A DNA stretch of 64,000 nucleotides from positions 15,570,229 through 15,634,228 of the forward strand of contig NW_026943818.1 of the NCBI RefSeq assembly GCF_035594765.1, read 5' to 3'. Shown here piece after piece: positions 25,005 through 35,315 of this stretch. The translations under genes were made by a program, and so were the position numbers. Every line of letters starts with the position of its first letter. Within the stretch, counting starts at the first letter, position 1. The notes under the pieces are model-generated. The model saw only the letters and a program-made list of their open reading frames with translations, was not told where the DNA came from and did not search any database. This DNA is from Anolis carolinensis. Taxonomy: Eukaryota.

Positions 25005-27318
25005 ATCACACCGTCCTAGACACTTGGGAAGTGTTTGACTTGTGATTTTGTGATACGAAACCCAGCATGTCTATCTTGTTTGCTGTGTCATACAATAATA
25101 GTAATAATTGTTGTGCCAGCTGTCAGCTCCAGTTTGTAGTGCAGTTTTCTTGTACATAAAATAATAATAATAATAATAATGATTTCAGAGTTTCTAGTAT
25201 TTGTAGTTCCATAGTTTGCCAAACTCTAACTCCCGGGATTCATCGATAAGTGACTCCAGCTGCCTTGGCATTCAAACTACCCTATAAAAATTGGAGAGAA
25301 AAAGTGGGTTTGTTCCCATTTCCCGGCGTTGATTCTGGAGGTTATGGCAGAGGCCCCGCTCCCTTGATGGGAAACCAGATGGAGCTGCGGAATAATATTC
25401 CCGGTGGATTCAAAGAAATGCGAGTGGGAGATGGAAGGAAGGAAGAAAGGCGCAAAGAAGAGGAGGAGGAGGAGGAGGCAATTAATCACTTAAGAACACA
25501 CATATATGTGCTTGCATGCATGTGTGTGTGTGTGTGTGTTGCTGGAGACACTAACAACCAGAATGTCATAGAGGAAGAAGCATTGTTACAGCAGAGTCTC
25601 ACTTATCCAAGCCTCGCTTATCCAAGCTTCTGGATTATCCAAGCCATTTTTGTAGTCAATGTTTCCAATATATCATGATATTTTGGTGCTAAATTCGTAA
25701 ATACAGTAATTACAACATAACATTACTGCGTATTGAACTACTTTTTCTGTCAAATTTGTTGTATAACATGAAGTTTTGGTGCTTAATTTGTAAAATCATA
25801 ACCTAATTTGATGTTTAATAGGCTTTTCCTTGATCAGTCCTTATAATCCAAGCTATTCGCTTATCCAAGCTTCTGCCGGCCCGTTTAGCCTGGATAAGTG
25901 AGACTCTACTGTACTTCTAAGAATATGAATATTTTAACGGTTGGGTTGCTGTGAGATTTCCGGGCTGTGCGGCCATGTTCGAGAAGCATTCTCTCCTGAC
26001 GTTTTGCCCACATCTATGGCAGGCATCCTCAGAGGACACTCCACAGATATATAAACCCCCACTTGCCTCGCTTCCAACAGACCTCACAACCTCTGAGGAT
26101 GCCTGCCATAGATGTGGCCGAAACGTCAGGAGAGAATGCTTCTGGGACATGGCCAGACAGCCCGGAAAACATACAACAACCCTGTGATCCCAGCCATGAA
26201 AGCTTACAATAATAGATAGATATAGATATGTGGATGGATGGATGGATGGATATCCCACTCCAAACTGAGAAGACTTAACCTTCAGAGACAAATCATGCCT
26301 TTTTCAAATAACCTGGGCACCGCCGGGTCCCCAAGGTTGTCTAAAATAAATAATAGTAATACCCTAGTAGTACAGTAGAGTCTCGCTTATCCAACGTTCT
26401 GGATTATCCAACGCATTTTTGTAGTCAATGTTTTCAATACATCGTGATATTTTGGTGCTAAATTCGCAAATACAGTAATTGCTACATGACTGCGCATTGA
26501 ACTGCGCATTGAACTACTTTTTCTGCCAAATTTGTTGAAAAACATGATGCTTTGGTGCTTAATTTGTAAAATCATAACCTAATTGGATGTTGAATAGGCT
26601 TTTCCTTAATGCCTCCTTATTATCCAACATATTCGCTTATCCAAGCTTCTGCCAGCCCGTTTACGTTGGATAAGCAAGACTCTACGGTAGTCGTAAGGAT
26701 GATGCTGAAAGTCCTGCCCGGGTGGCCACGCGGGGGAGGGGGCGAGGGGGGGGCGAGGGGGGGGGCGAGGGGGGGGAGGGGTCCAGCCCTGCAGGGAGTG
26801 GTGTGCGTGGCCACTGTTAGCCCCAGCTCTTGCCAACCTAGCAGTTCGAAAACATGCCAATGTGAGTAGATCAATAGGTACCGCTCTGGCGGAAAGGTAA
26901 GGGCGCTCCATGCAGTCATGCCTATGGAAACATGACCTTGGAGGTGTCTATGGACAATGCCAGCTCTTTGGCTTAGAAAAGAGGAGCACCAACCCCCAGA
27001 GTGTGAGTAGAGCAATAGGTACCGCTCCAGAGTTGGACACGACTGGTCTCAACCTCAGGGGAAGACCTTTACCTTGACCTTAGTAATAGTAATGATGATG
27101 CTGCAAGTCCTGCCTGGGTGGGGAGGGGGCGTGTGGGGGGGGCGAGGGGGGTCCACCTGCCTCTCTGTGCGCGTGCGCGTGCGGGGCCACCTTACCTTTT
27201 GTGCGGGGGCGCGGCGGAGCATCCTGGCGGGGGGCAGGCAGAGGAGGAGCAGGGCGGCCAGGGCGGCCAGGGACACCCCGAGCAGCGCCCACAGCCCCAC
27301 GCGCGGAGCAGACCCCAT
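11730..27318 (-). CDS. ENTPD2: Ectonucleoside triphosphate diphosphohydrolase 2, 492 aa; exons 27196-27318, 19124-19241, 18376-18526, 17158-17317, 15031-15249, 13955-14203, 12609-12728, 12177-12311, 11730-11933
   Basis: All five apyrase conserved regions ([38 protein letters not shown]), N- and C-terminal TM helices and the NTPDase2-type YGWVGRW segment. All introns are GT-AG and the 1479-nt frame is continuous. Confidence 0.93.
13130..13930. repeat. Minisatellite in ENTPD2 intron 6 (~60-65-bp subunits, ~188-bp higher-order unit)
   Basis: Repeated ctctgcacatgcccagaggagccc. Confidence 0.9.
14444..14859 (+). mobile_element. L1/Tx1-like LINE ORF2 C-terminal fragment
   Basis: RWYRTP..CWKC....[10 protein letters not shown] cysteine-rich domain, frameshifted downstream. 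Confidence 0.8.
16250..17099 (-). mobile_element. Two Helitrons fused head-to-tail (16250-16643, 16644-17099)
   Basis: Each has a TC 5' end and a hairpin-CTAG 3' end; the junction reads CTAG|TC. Other copies or fragments at about 20020-20606, 21262-21697, 22971-23204, 29220-29520, 29722-30054, 30901-31439, 32780-33180, 33181-33632, 36269-36773, 36927-37030. Confidence 0.8.
17337..18320 (+). mobile_element. LTR-like element filling ENTPD2 intron 3, interrupted by an L2-like tail plus (TTA)n at about 17840-18075
   Basis: Starts TGTTGTG, has an AATAAA near 18258; right boundary uncertain. Confidence 0.45.
21700..21975. repeat. Purine-rich low-complexity repeat (GGAGAT/GGAGGT)n
   Basis: Directly visible. 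Confidence 0.95.
23207..23529. mobile_element. Tc1/mariner-pogo-type MITE (~320 bp)
   Basis: TIR CAGTAGAGTCTCACTTATCCAA, TA flanks in most copies. Copies at 25589-25911, 26373-26687, 30583-30890, 42536-42851, 46721-47188 (with nested L2 tail), 49501-49809, 61685-61967; partials at about 51582, 55335, 62278. Confidence 0.85.
23567..24088. mobile_element. Non-autonomous DNA transposon, Tc2-like termini
   Basis: TA|CCGTATATACTCGAGTATAAG end with degenerate inverted copy at about 24070-24088; the same end is triplicated at 57573-58017. Confidence 0.6.
24139..25105 (+). repeat. Tandem array of at least 7 ~95-bp units separated by (TAA)n; probable R4/Dong retrotransposon 3' ends
   Basis: Unit atacatcacacagtcctag acacttgggaag..gctgtgtca followed by (TAA)n; it opens with an ORF-end-like YITQS*. 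Confidence 0.75.
25938..26205. mobile_element. Inverted pair of Penelope-like element terminal fragments, each with a hammerhead motif
   Basis: 25993-26035 and 26087-26132 are reverse complements and match the terminus of the GIY-YIG element at 47536. Confidence 0.8.
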
Positions 27319-27560
27319 CCCCACCCCACTCCGCCGCAGCCACAGCCACAGCCACAGCCACCGCCCGGGCTCCCTCGCCTCCTTCTCTTCCTCCTCCTCC
27401 TCCTCCTCCTCGGCCCGCTCCTCCCTCCGCCCCGGATCGCAAGCGCCCTTCCTCCTCCTCCTCCTCCTCCTCCTCCTCCTCTTTGAGTCACACACTTGGA
27501 AGGAAGGAAGGAAGGAAGGAAGGAAGGAAGGGGCCCCGCAAGGCCATCTAGTCCCACCGC
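27080..27560 (-). promoter_or_regulatory. CpG island, 5'UTR and promoter of ENTPD2
   Basis: High GC and CpG density around exon 1, with (GAG)n and (GGCTGT)n tracts. Confidence 0.75.
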
Positions 27561-29154
27561 CTCGACAGGTGCCCTTCCAGGCTGAGAGAACGGAGATAGG
27601 ATATGATTGATTGATTGATTGATTGATAGATAGGAAGATAGATATATAGATAGACAGGAAGATAGGAAGATAGNNNNNNNNNNNNNNNNNNNNNNNNNNN
27701 NNNNNNNNNNNNNNNNNNNNNNNNNNNNNNNNNNNNNNNNNNNNNNNNNNNNNNNNNNNNNNNNNNNNNNNNNNNNNNNNNNNNNNNNNNNNNNNNNNNN
27801 NNNNNNNNNNNNNNNNNNNNNNNNNNNNNNNNNNNNNNNNNNNNNNNNNNNNNNNNNNNNNNNNNNNNNNNNNNNNNNNNNNNNNNNNNNNNNNNNNNNN
27901 NNNNNNNNNNNNNNNNNNNNNNNNNNNNNNNNNNNNNNNNNNNNNNNNNNNNNNNNNNNNNNNNNNNNNNNNNNNNNNNNNNNNNNNNNNNNNNNNNNNN
28001 NNNNNNNNNNNNNNNNNNNNNNNNNNNNNNNNNNNNNNNNNNNNNNNNNNNNNNNNNNNNNNNNNNNNNNNNNNNNNNNNNNNNNNNNNNNNNNNNNNNN
28101 NNTNNNNNNNNNNNNNNNNNNNNNNNNNNNNNNNNNNNNNNNNNNNNNNNNNNNNNNNNNNNNNNNNNNNNNNNNNNNNNNNNNNNNNNNNNNNNNNNNN
28201 NNNNNNNNNNNNNNNNNNNNNNNNNNNNNNNNNNNNNNNNNNNNNNNNNNNNNNNNNNNNNNNNNNNNNNNNNNNNNNNNNNNNNNNNNNNNNNNNNNNN
28301 NNNNNNNNNNNCTGGCCTTGGGGTGAGGCTAGATGTCCTTTGGGCCCCTCAGTCTCTACTTGCAGCCCAGTGTGGAAGCTGCCCGTGAGTTTCCAGGGCT
28401 GAGAAACACACAGGGCCAACCACATTCTGCTTCTTTTCCGGCCGCAGTTTTCCCGCTTCCTCCTTTTTTCGCAAAACCTTCAAACCCACAAAATATTGAA
28501 ATATTGTCCGTTTCAATCCACTTCTAGGCTGCAGAGGAGACTCGGAGGAATACAGAATGGGGACTGAAATTTTTTTTTTGTGTCAGGAGCAACTTGAGAA
28601 ACTGCAAGTTGCTTCTGGTGTGAGAGAAGTGGCCGTCTGCAAGGAGGTTGCCCAGATGTTTTGATGTTTTACCATCCTTGTGGGAGATCGCCCATGGAAA
28701 GAACTGGTCAGGGCAGCCCCGCAGTTGGCGTTTGGCCCTTGACCAGTGCTCCCAAAGGAAGACAATGTCCAGCAGTGTCCAGCCGCACGGAAGGGACAGA
28801 AAGGAAGAGAGCCTGGCTTGTTGGAAGGGGCGTCCAAGGACTGACCAGGACTGACAGATGCCCGTCACCCAGATGGCCCTTGGCCACGAAAGAGGGCAGA
28901 GCAGGACCGCCAAAGGTCACTTCAGGGTCACGTGAGGTCATCCCCTTCTAAGAGTCCCAGATGGTCCTTGAAATATATATGTGCATGTGCGCGCACATAT
29001 ATATGTGTGTGTTGTGTGTATATCTATGAGATAGAATTAATTCCATTGATTTGAAAGGGGACGCCAAAGGCCATCCATTCTGACCCCTCTCTGCCATAAA
29101 TTCTCCAACAGGTCATCATCCAGCCATGGATATGGTACATAGATATAGATATAG

Positions 29155-29213
<59 letters not shown>

Positions 29214-32200
29214 CATACACTAGCTGTGCCCGGCCACGCGTTGCTGTGGCAAAGTATGGTGGTATGGGAAATAAAGTATTGAGGAATTGGTGGTAGTTAA
29301 GGTAAACGGTCCCCTGGGCTGAGTGGGTTAATAGGAGACCAAGTGGGCAGAGCTTAGCCTTCTAACTGGCAGCAATTGGATAAAAACAATTATTCCTCTC
29401 CCTCTAATTAGGACTTTCTTTTTCTTTTCTTTTTGTTGTATCAACCTAGAGGCATGGATGAGGGGTTGTGATGTCAATTTTTGAGGTTGTGGGGTGTTTA
29501 CTTTTGTTGTTTTGTCTGCTNNNNNNNNNNNNNNNNNNNNNNNNNNNNNNNNNNNNNNNNNNNNNNNNNNNNNNNNNNNNNNNNNNNNNNNNNNNNNNNN
29601 NNNNNNNNNNNNNNNNNNNNNNNNNNNNNNNNNNNNNNNNNNNNNNNNNNNNNNNNNNNNNNNNNNNNNNNNNNNNNNNNNNNNNGCTTGGATAAGTGAG
29701 ACTCTACTATATATATATATATCTATATATATAAAAGTGATGGCATCATGGCAGCGGACAAAACAACAGAAGTAAACACCCCACAACCTCGAAAATTGAC
29801 AGCACAACCCCTCATCCATGCCTCTAGGTTGATACAACAAAAAGAAAAGAAAAAGAAAGTCCTAATTAGAGGGAGAGGAATAATTGTTTTTATCCCATTG
29901 CTGCCAGTTAGAAGGCTAAGCTCCACTCACTTGGGTCTCCTAGCAACCCACTCAGCCCAGGGGACCCTTTACCTTAACTACCACCAATTCCTCAATACTT
30001 TGTTTCCCGTACCACCAGACTTTGCCACAGCAACGCGTGGCCGGGCACAGCTAGTGAGAGAAAAGAGAGAGAGAGAGTTGGTTGAGGAGAAAAAGAAAAA
30101 GGAGAAGAAGAAATAAAAGGAGAAGAGAAAGGAGGAAAAAAGAAAACAATCTCTCCTCTGTTTTCCCGCATAATTTTGGAGCGGCTGAGGCTTGCCAAAA
30201 AAGTGAAACAAAGCATCGCCTGCGAAGAAGAGAAAAGAGGAAGGAGATGAAAGGAGGGAAGAAAGGGCACACCCGGCCTGACTGTTGTTGATGCCCAGCT
30301 CATCCCATCCACAGGCTCCCAGCCAAGGAGAGGACTCCCCCCCCCCCCCCACACACACACTTTTATTTTTAATACATTTTCCACAGATCCAAAGTTGCGA
30401 AATGTCAAAGCACCCGAGGCTCTGGAATGGACCGAGCAGCAGCTGAACCCTTGTGTAAAATGCACTCGATTTATGGTTCCTGTATGACTTTCCCCCCTTC
30501 CAGGCCTAGAGTTCCATATTATTCCTATAACGCTAAAGGGATCGACTAGACGACCTCTGGGTTTCCCTCCCAGCCCTATATACAGTAGAGTCTCACTTAT
30601 CCAACATAAACGGGCCGGCAGAATGTTGGATAAGCGAATATGTTGGATAATAAGGAGAGATTAAGGAGAAGCCTAGTAAACATCAAATTAAGTTATGATT
30701 TTACAAACTAAGCACCAAAACATCATGTTATACAACAAATTTGAGAGAAAAAGTAGTTCAGTACACAGTAATGATATGTAGTAATTACTGTATTTATGAA
30801 TTTAGCACCAAAATATTATGATATATTGAAAACATTGACTACAAAAATGCGTTGGATAATCCAGAACGTTGGATAAGTGAAACTCTACTGTAGTTCCATA
30901 TCTATATATATAAAAGAGTGATGGCATCAAGGCAGCGGACAAAACAACAAAACTACAGGCCCCCCAACCTCGAAATTTGACAACACAACCCATCATCCAC
31001 GGCTCTAGGTTGATACAACAAAAAGAAAAGAAAAAGAAAATCCTAATTAGAGGGAGAGCAATAATTGTTTTTATCCAATTGCTGCCAGTTTGAAGGCTAA
31101 GCTCCACCCACTTGGTCTCCTAGCAACCCACTCAGCCCAGGGGACAGGCAGAGTTAGGCCTCACTTAGGCCTCTTCCATAGATTATGAGATTTTAACTGG
31201 ATTATATAGTAGTGTAGACTCAAGGCCCTTCCACACAGCTATATAACCCATTTATAATCTTATATTATCTGTTTTGCACTGGATTATCTTGACTCCACAC
31301 TGCCATATAATACACTTCAGTGTGCATACTAAACATAAAGACAACCATACAACAGACATTCAATACCACCACTAACTCAACAATTTCTCACCAACACCAC
31401 CAGACAACGCCACAGCAACGCGTAGCCGGGCACAGCTAGTATTGTTCCTATAACACTAAAGGAATGGACTAGATGACCTCTGAGTATCCCTCCCAACCCT
31501 ATATAGTTCCATATTATTCCTATAACACTAAAGGGATGGACTAGATGACCTCCGAGTATCCCTCCCAGCCCTATATAGTTCCATATTATTCCTATAACAC
31601 TAAAGGGATGGACTAGATGACCTCTGAGTATCCTTTCCTCCAAAGACAAAATTTGTTGCAGGCTGACCAAGGAAATGTTGAAGGCTCCGAGTTGTTAGAA
31701 AGAGTGACCTTTCACAGGATTTTGAACATCAACAAAATCCAGGTGGCTTTGGCAGCGAGCCAGAGGAGTCTTCCTTAGATCGAGATACAAGGTTAAGGGT
31801 TCATCGTCCCAGACGTTCTCTGAGAATAGCTGGGAAACGTGTGGGAACTCAAGGACAGAGAAATGCTTTCTTAGCCTGTAAACATGGTTAAATAGAGAGA
31901 AACGGGGAAATATTTCAGACAAAGCAACGTTGATTTTGGAAGTTTAACTCCTGCCTTGTCTTTGCTCATGAAAAAGACTTCTTGTTTTTGTTCATCTTTT
32001 TTGTACAAGGATCATCTATCCCTAATAACGGTCCGTGTCAACCCATCTGATTATGTATTCTTGTTCCTTCTGGTTGTTGTGATTGTTTCTTATGGGCTTT
32101 ACTGTTTTATGAGTTGTATAGGTCTTTAGTTTTGTTTAATAATGTGTGTATTGCGTTGCTTGTAATATATGTTGCTATTTTTATGCTTGCAAACCGCCCT

Positions 32201-33688
32201 GAGTCCCTTCGGTATATAAATAAAGTTTTACTTACTTACTTGTGCAGCTTAGAAAACTTTCCCCATGTTTTTATGATAGAACCAATGAGGAAACAATGGC
32301 ACTGACAACCCAGGGACGCAAATCCCTTGGGAAATGGGCATCACAGCCAGGATCCCTCCAGCTGTTTCCCGAGCCAGATAAATATCAAAACGCGACACGT
32401 GAATGAATCGGGAGTTCATCAGAATATCGATGTCACCGTTTCTTCCCGGGATGCACGGAGCCCTTGGTTGGACTATACAGGCGGTAGGGCCATCTAGATG
32501 GCCTCAAGGGCCCCGTGGATGGGATGGAAGGAGGAACAGAAATCCACATTCAGGGGAGCAAAGGTTTGGTCGGCCTGGCATGGGATTCCCCTTCCTTCCT
32601 TCCTTCCTCAAAGGCCGTTCCAGCGAAGGATCTTGCGCAAAACCCCAACGTTGTTTTTATCTGCGGTTTCCAGGCAAAGGCTGTGAGTCACCAAGGGAGG
32701 AACCCCCTTGCAGGTAAATCCTATCATAATAGTATTACATTACATATTGTCCGTTTCAATGTATTATTTTATTATATTACAAGCTGTGCCCGGCCACGCG
32801 TTGCTGTGGCGTATGGGAATTCTTTGTTAGGTAGGTGGAATAACAGTGAATAGCTTTGTAGCCTGAAAGCCTGGCCATTTTCTTATGTGAATCCTTGTTT
32901 GGTGAGGTGGAATAGAAAGGAATAGGCTTGCTGCTTGGAAGGTTAGGGGAATGTTTTTTGGGGTGGTAGCATTGTAATGAATAGCCTCGGTGGTTCAAAG
33001 CCTGGGTGCTTGCTACCTAGGGGAAATCTTTGGTGGGTCAGCTTCAGAGTAGTATCACTGTTTCAAAGCCTGGTCGCCTTTTACGAAGGTTAATCTTTTA
33101 TTGGTGTGGTTGAATTGCACTGAATATCCTTGCAGCTCCAATGTCTGGCTGTATTTATTATTTTGTATTTTATATATATACTAGCTGTGCCCGGCCACGC
33201 GTTGCTGTGGCAAAGTGGTGGTGGCATTGGTTAAAAATTGTTGTGTAATTTTTATTTGACGTTATTTGCATTTTTTAAAATTAATTTTATTGTAAGTTAT
33301 ATTTTTATTTATTATATTTTATTATTTTCTTGTATTATTTTTAGTTATTTTTTGTTATAGTATTTTATTGTATTAATTTTTAGTGTTTTTTATTATTTTT
33401 ATTGGGTTGCTAGGAGACGAAGTTGGAGGAGCTTAGCCTTCTAACTGGCAGCAATTGGATAAAAGCAATTATTCCTCTCTCTCGAATTAGGACTTTATTT
33501 TTCTTTTCTTTTTGTTGTATCAACCTAGAGCCGTGGATGATGGGTTGTGTTGTCAAATTTCGAGGTTGGGGGGCCTGTAGTTTTGTTGTTTTGTCCGCTG
33601 CCTTGATGCCATCACTCTTTTATATATATAGATGGCCCATCGAAAAGTACAAATAACTTTCGTTCACACCGATTCGGGCTCAAGCCTA

Positions 33689-34411
33689 CTAAGCTTTGCC
33701 GACCCGGCCGGGCAGCTGTGAGAGGGACTCGAGCAGGTGCTCACGAGGCACTCCACTCGGTGGCGGCCCGGTCCCGGCGAGCAGGAAGGCATGCATCCCG
33801 GCCTGGCGGGCGGCCCGGTAGTCGTGCTCGTAGTCGTCGCCCACGTGGGCGGCCAGGCCGGGTTCGGCTCCCGAGAGGCGCAGGGCTTCCAGAAAGATCC
33901 GGGGGTCGGGCTTGGCGAAGCCGGCCTCCTCCGCGTTGAGAACCCAGGAGAAGTGTCCCCGGAGGCCGCAGCCACGCAGGAGCTCCGCCAGCCGCCGGTC
34001 AAAGTTGGAGACGGCCGCCATGGGGAGGCCCATCTCCCGCAGCCGGCGCAGGGTCTCCGGGGCCCCCGGGAGCGGCTCCCAGGACTCCGCCCGGCTGTAG
34101 TCGCGGTAGAGCTGCTCCGCCAGGGCCGCCAGCAGGCCCGCGTCCTCTTCCCGAGCGAGGCCGCAGCGGCGGAAGGTGTCGCGCACGAGGCCCAGCCACC
34201 ACGCCTCGCAGCCCATGCCACGCGCACGGCCGTAGTTGGGGAAGCGCCGGCTGCGCTCCCGGTGCGCCTGGCGGAAGGCGGCCTCCACCGCCCGCGGGGA
34301 GACCTCCAGGCCCCGGGAGCGCGCGGCGGCCGAGTAGCTCTCGCCCACCGGGAGACGCAGCCGCAGCAGCGTGTCCTTCACGTCCCATGTCAGAAGCTGT
34401 AGCCGCAGCAT
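33689..34411 (-). CDS. HDHD3: Haloacid dehalogenase-like hydrolase domain-containing 3, 240 aa, single coding exon
   Basis: MLRLQLLTWDVKDTLLRLR, FPNYG, VSNFDRRL, KPDPRIF and AAHVGDD motifs. A splice acceptor lies 3 nt before the ATG; probable non-coding exon 1 with donor at 35070. Confidence 0.95.
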   Translation of the reverse strand: MLRLQLLTWDVKDTLLRLRLPVGESYSAAARSRGLEVSPRAVEAAFRQAHRERSRRFPNYGRARGMGCEAWWLGLVRDTFRRCGLAREEDAGLLAALAEQLYRDYSRAESWEPLPGAPETLRRLREMGLPMAAVSNFDRRLAELLRGCGLRGHFSWVLNAEEAGFAKPDPRIFLEALRLSGAEPGLAAHVGDDYEHDYRAARQAGMHAFLLAGTGPPPSGVPREHLLESLSQLPGRVGKA

Positions 34412-34508
34412 GGCCTGCGCGGGAAGCGGGAGGGGGCGGGACAGGTGGGAGTAGGAGGGAAGAGAGCGGAGAAGGGGAGAGAAGAGAATAATGATAATAA
34501 TAATAATA

Positions 34509-34868
34509 GCACAGCAGACAAAAAATCCGTGCAAGAAAACCGCACTACAAACTAGAGCTGACAGCTGGCACAACAAAACACTGCATGGAAAGTTCCTTGA
34601 CAAAATTGAAGGAAAAGCTGATAAGGAGAAGACCTGGCTCTGGCTCACGAATGGGATAATGGGATAGTAATAATAATAATAAATGCAGACTTTGCAAGGA
34701 AACTGACGAAACCATTGATCATATGCTCAGCTGCTGTAAGAAAATCACACAGACAGACTACAAACAGAGGCACAACTATGTGGCCCAAATGATTCATTGG
34801 AACTTATGCCTCAAGTCCCACCTCCCAGCAGCAAAGAACTGGTGGGATCACAAACCTGCAAAAGTAAT
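34509..34868 (+). mobile_element. R4/Dong-type non-LTR retrotransposon fragments in the HDHD3 5' intron
   Basis: WHNKTLHGKF..TWLWL and CRLC..ETIDHMLSCC..YKQRHN (CCHC knuckle plus RHN motif before the RLE endonuclease), bounded by (TAA)n. Confidence 0.85.
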
Positions 34869-34975
34869 GATGATAGTAATAACAAGATTTAATAATCATA
34901 TTCTAGTGTGAGTTTAGTAATGATGATAGTAATAATAGGATTCAATAATCATATTCTAGTGTGAGTTTAGTAATG

Positions 34976-35030
<55 letters not shown>

Positions 35031-35069
35031 CAACATATAGGGCAGTAGAGTTCCAGCGGAGTCCCTCAC

Positions 35070-35315
35070 CGCCTTCCTTCCTTCCTTCCTTCGCGGCCGG
35101 GCGGCGCCCCCTTGCGGAGGCAGGCGGAAGACAGCCGAGCGCGGCGGTTCTGGCGTCACTTCCGGCCCAGAAGGGGCGGAGAGAACGCACTTATTTGGCC
35201 CCTCCGCGAGCGTCACTTCCGGCGCGTGCTATTAAAAAGGGGGCGGGGAGGAACCTCCTCACCGCTGTGATGGCGTCACGTCCGGCGGAGCTGCCCCTGG
35301 GCCCGCGAGGCAGGA
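35070..35315. promoter_or_regulatory. Bidirectional CpG promoter shared by HDHD3 and the ERLIN1-like gene
   Basis: Divergent 5' ends within about 250 bp; GCGTCACTTCCGGC at 35153-35166 and 35210-35223, a variant at 35273-35286, and a GC box. Confidence 0.8.

Noticed and set aside
33689-34648. 319-aa N-terminally extended HDHD3
   Set aside because: The extension runs through a splice acceptor, a microsatellite and an R4 fragment; homology starts at the ATG at 34411
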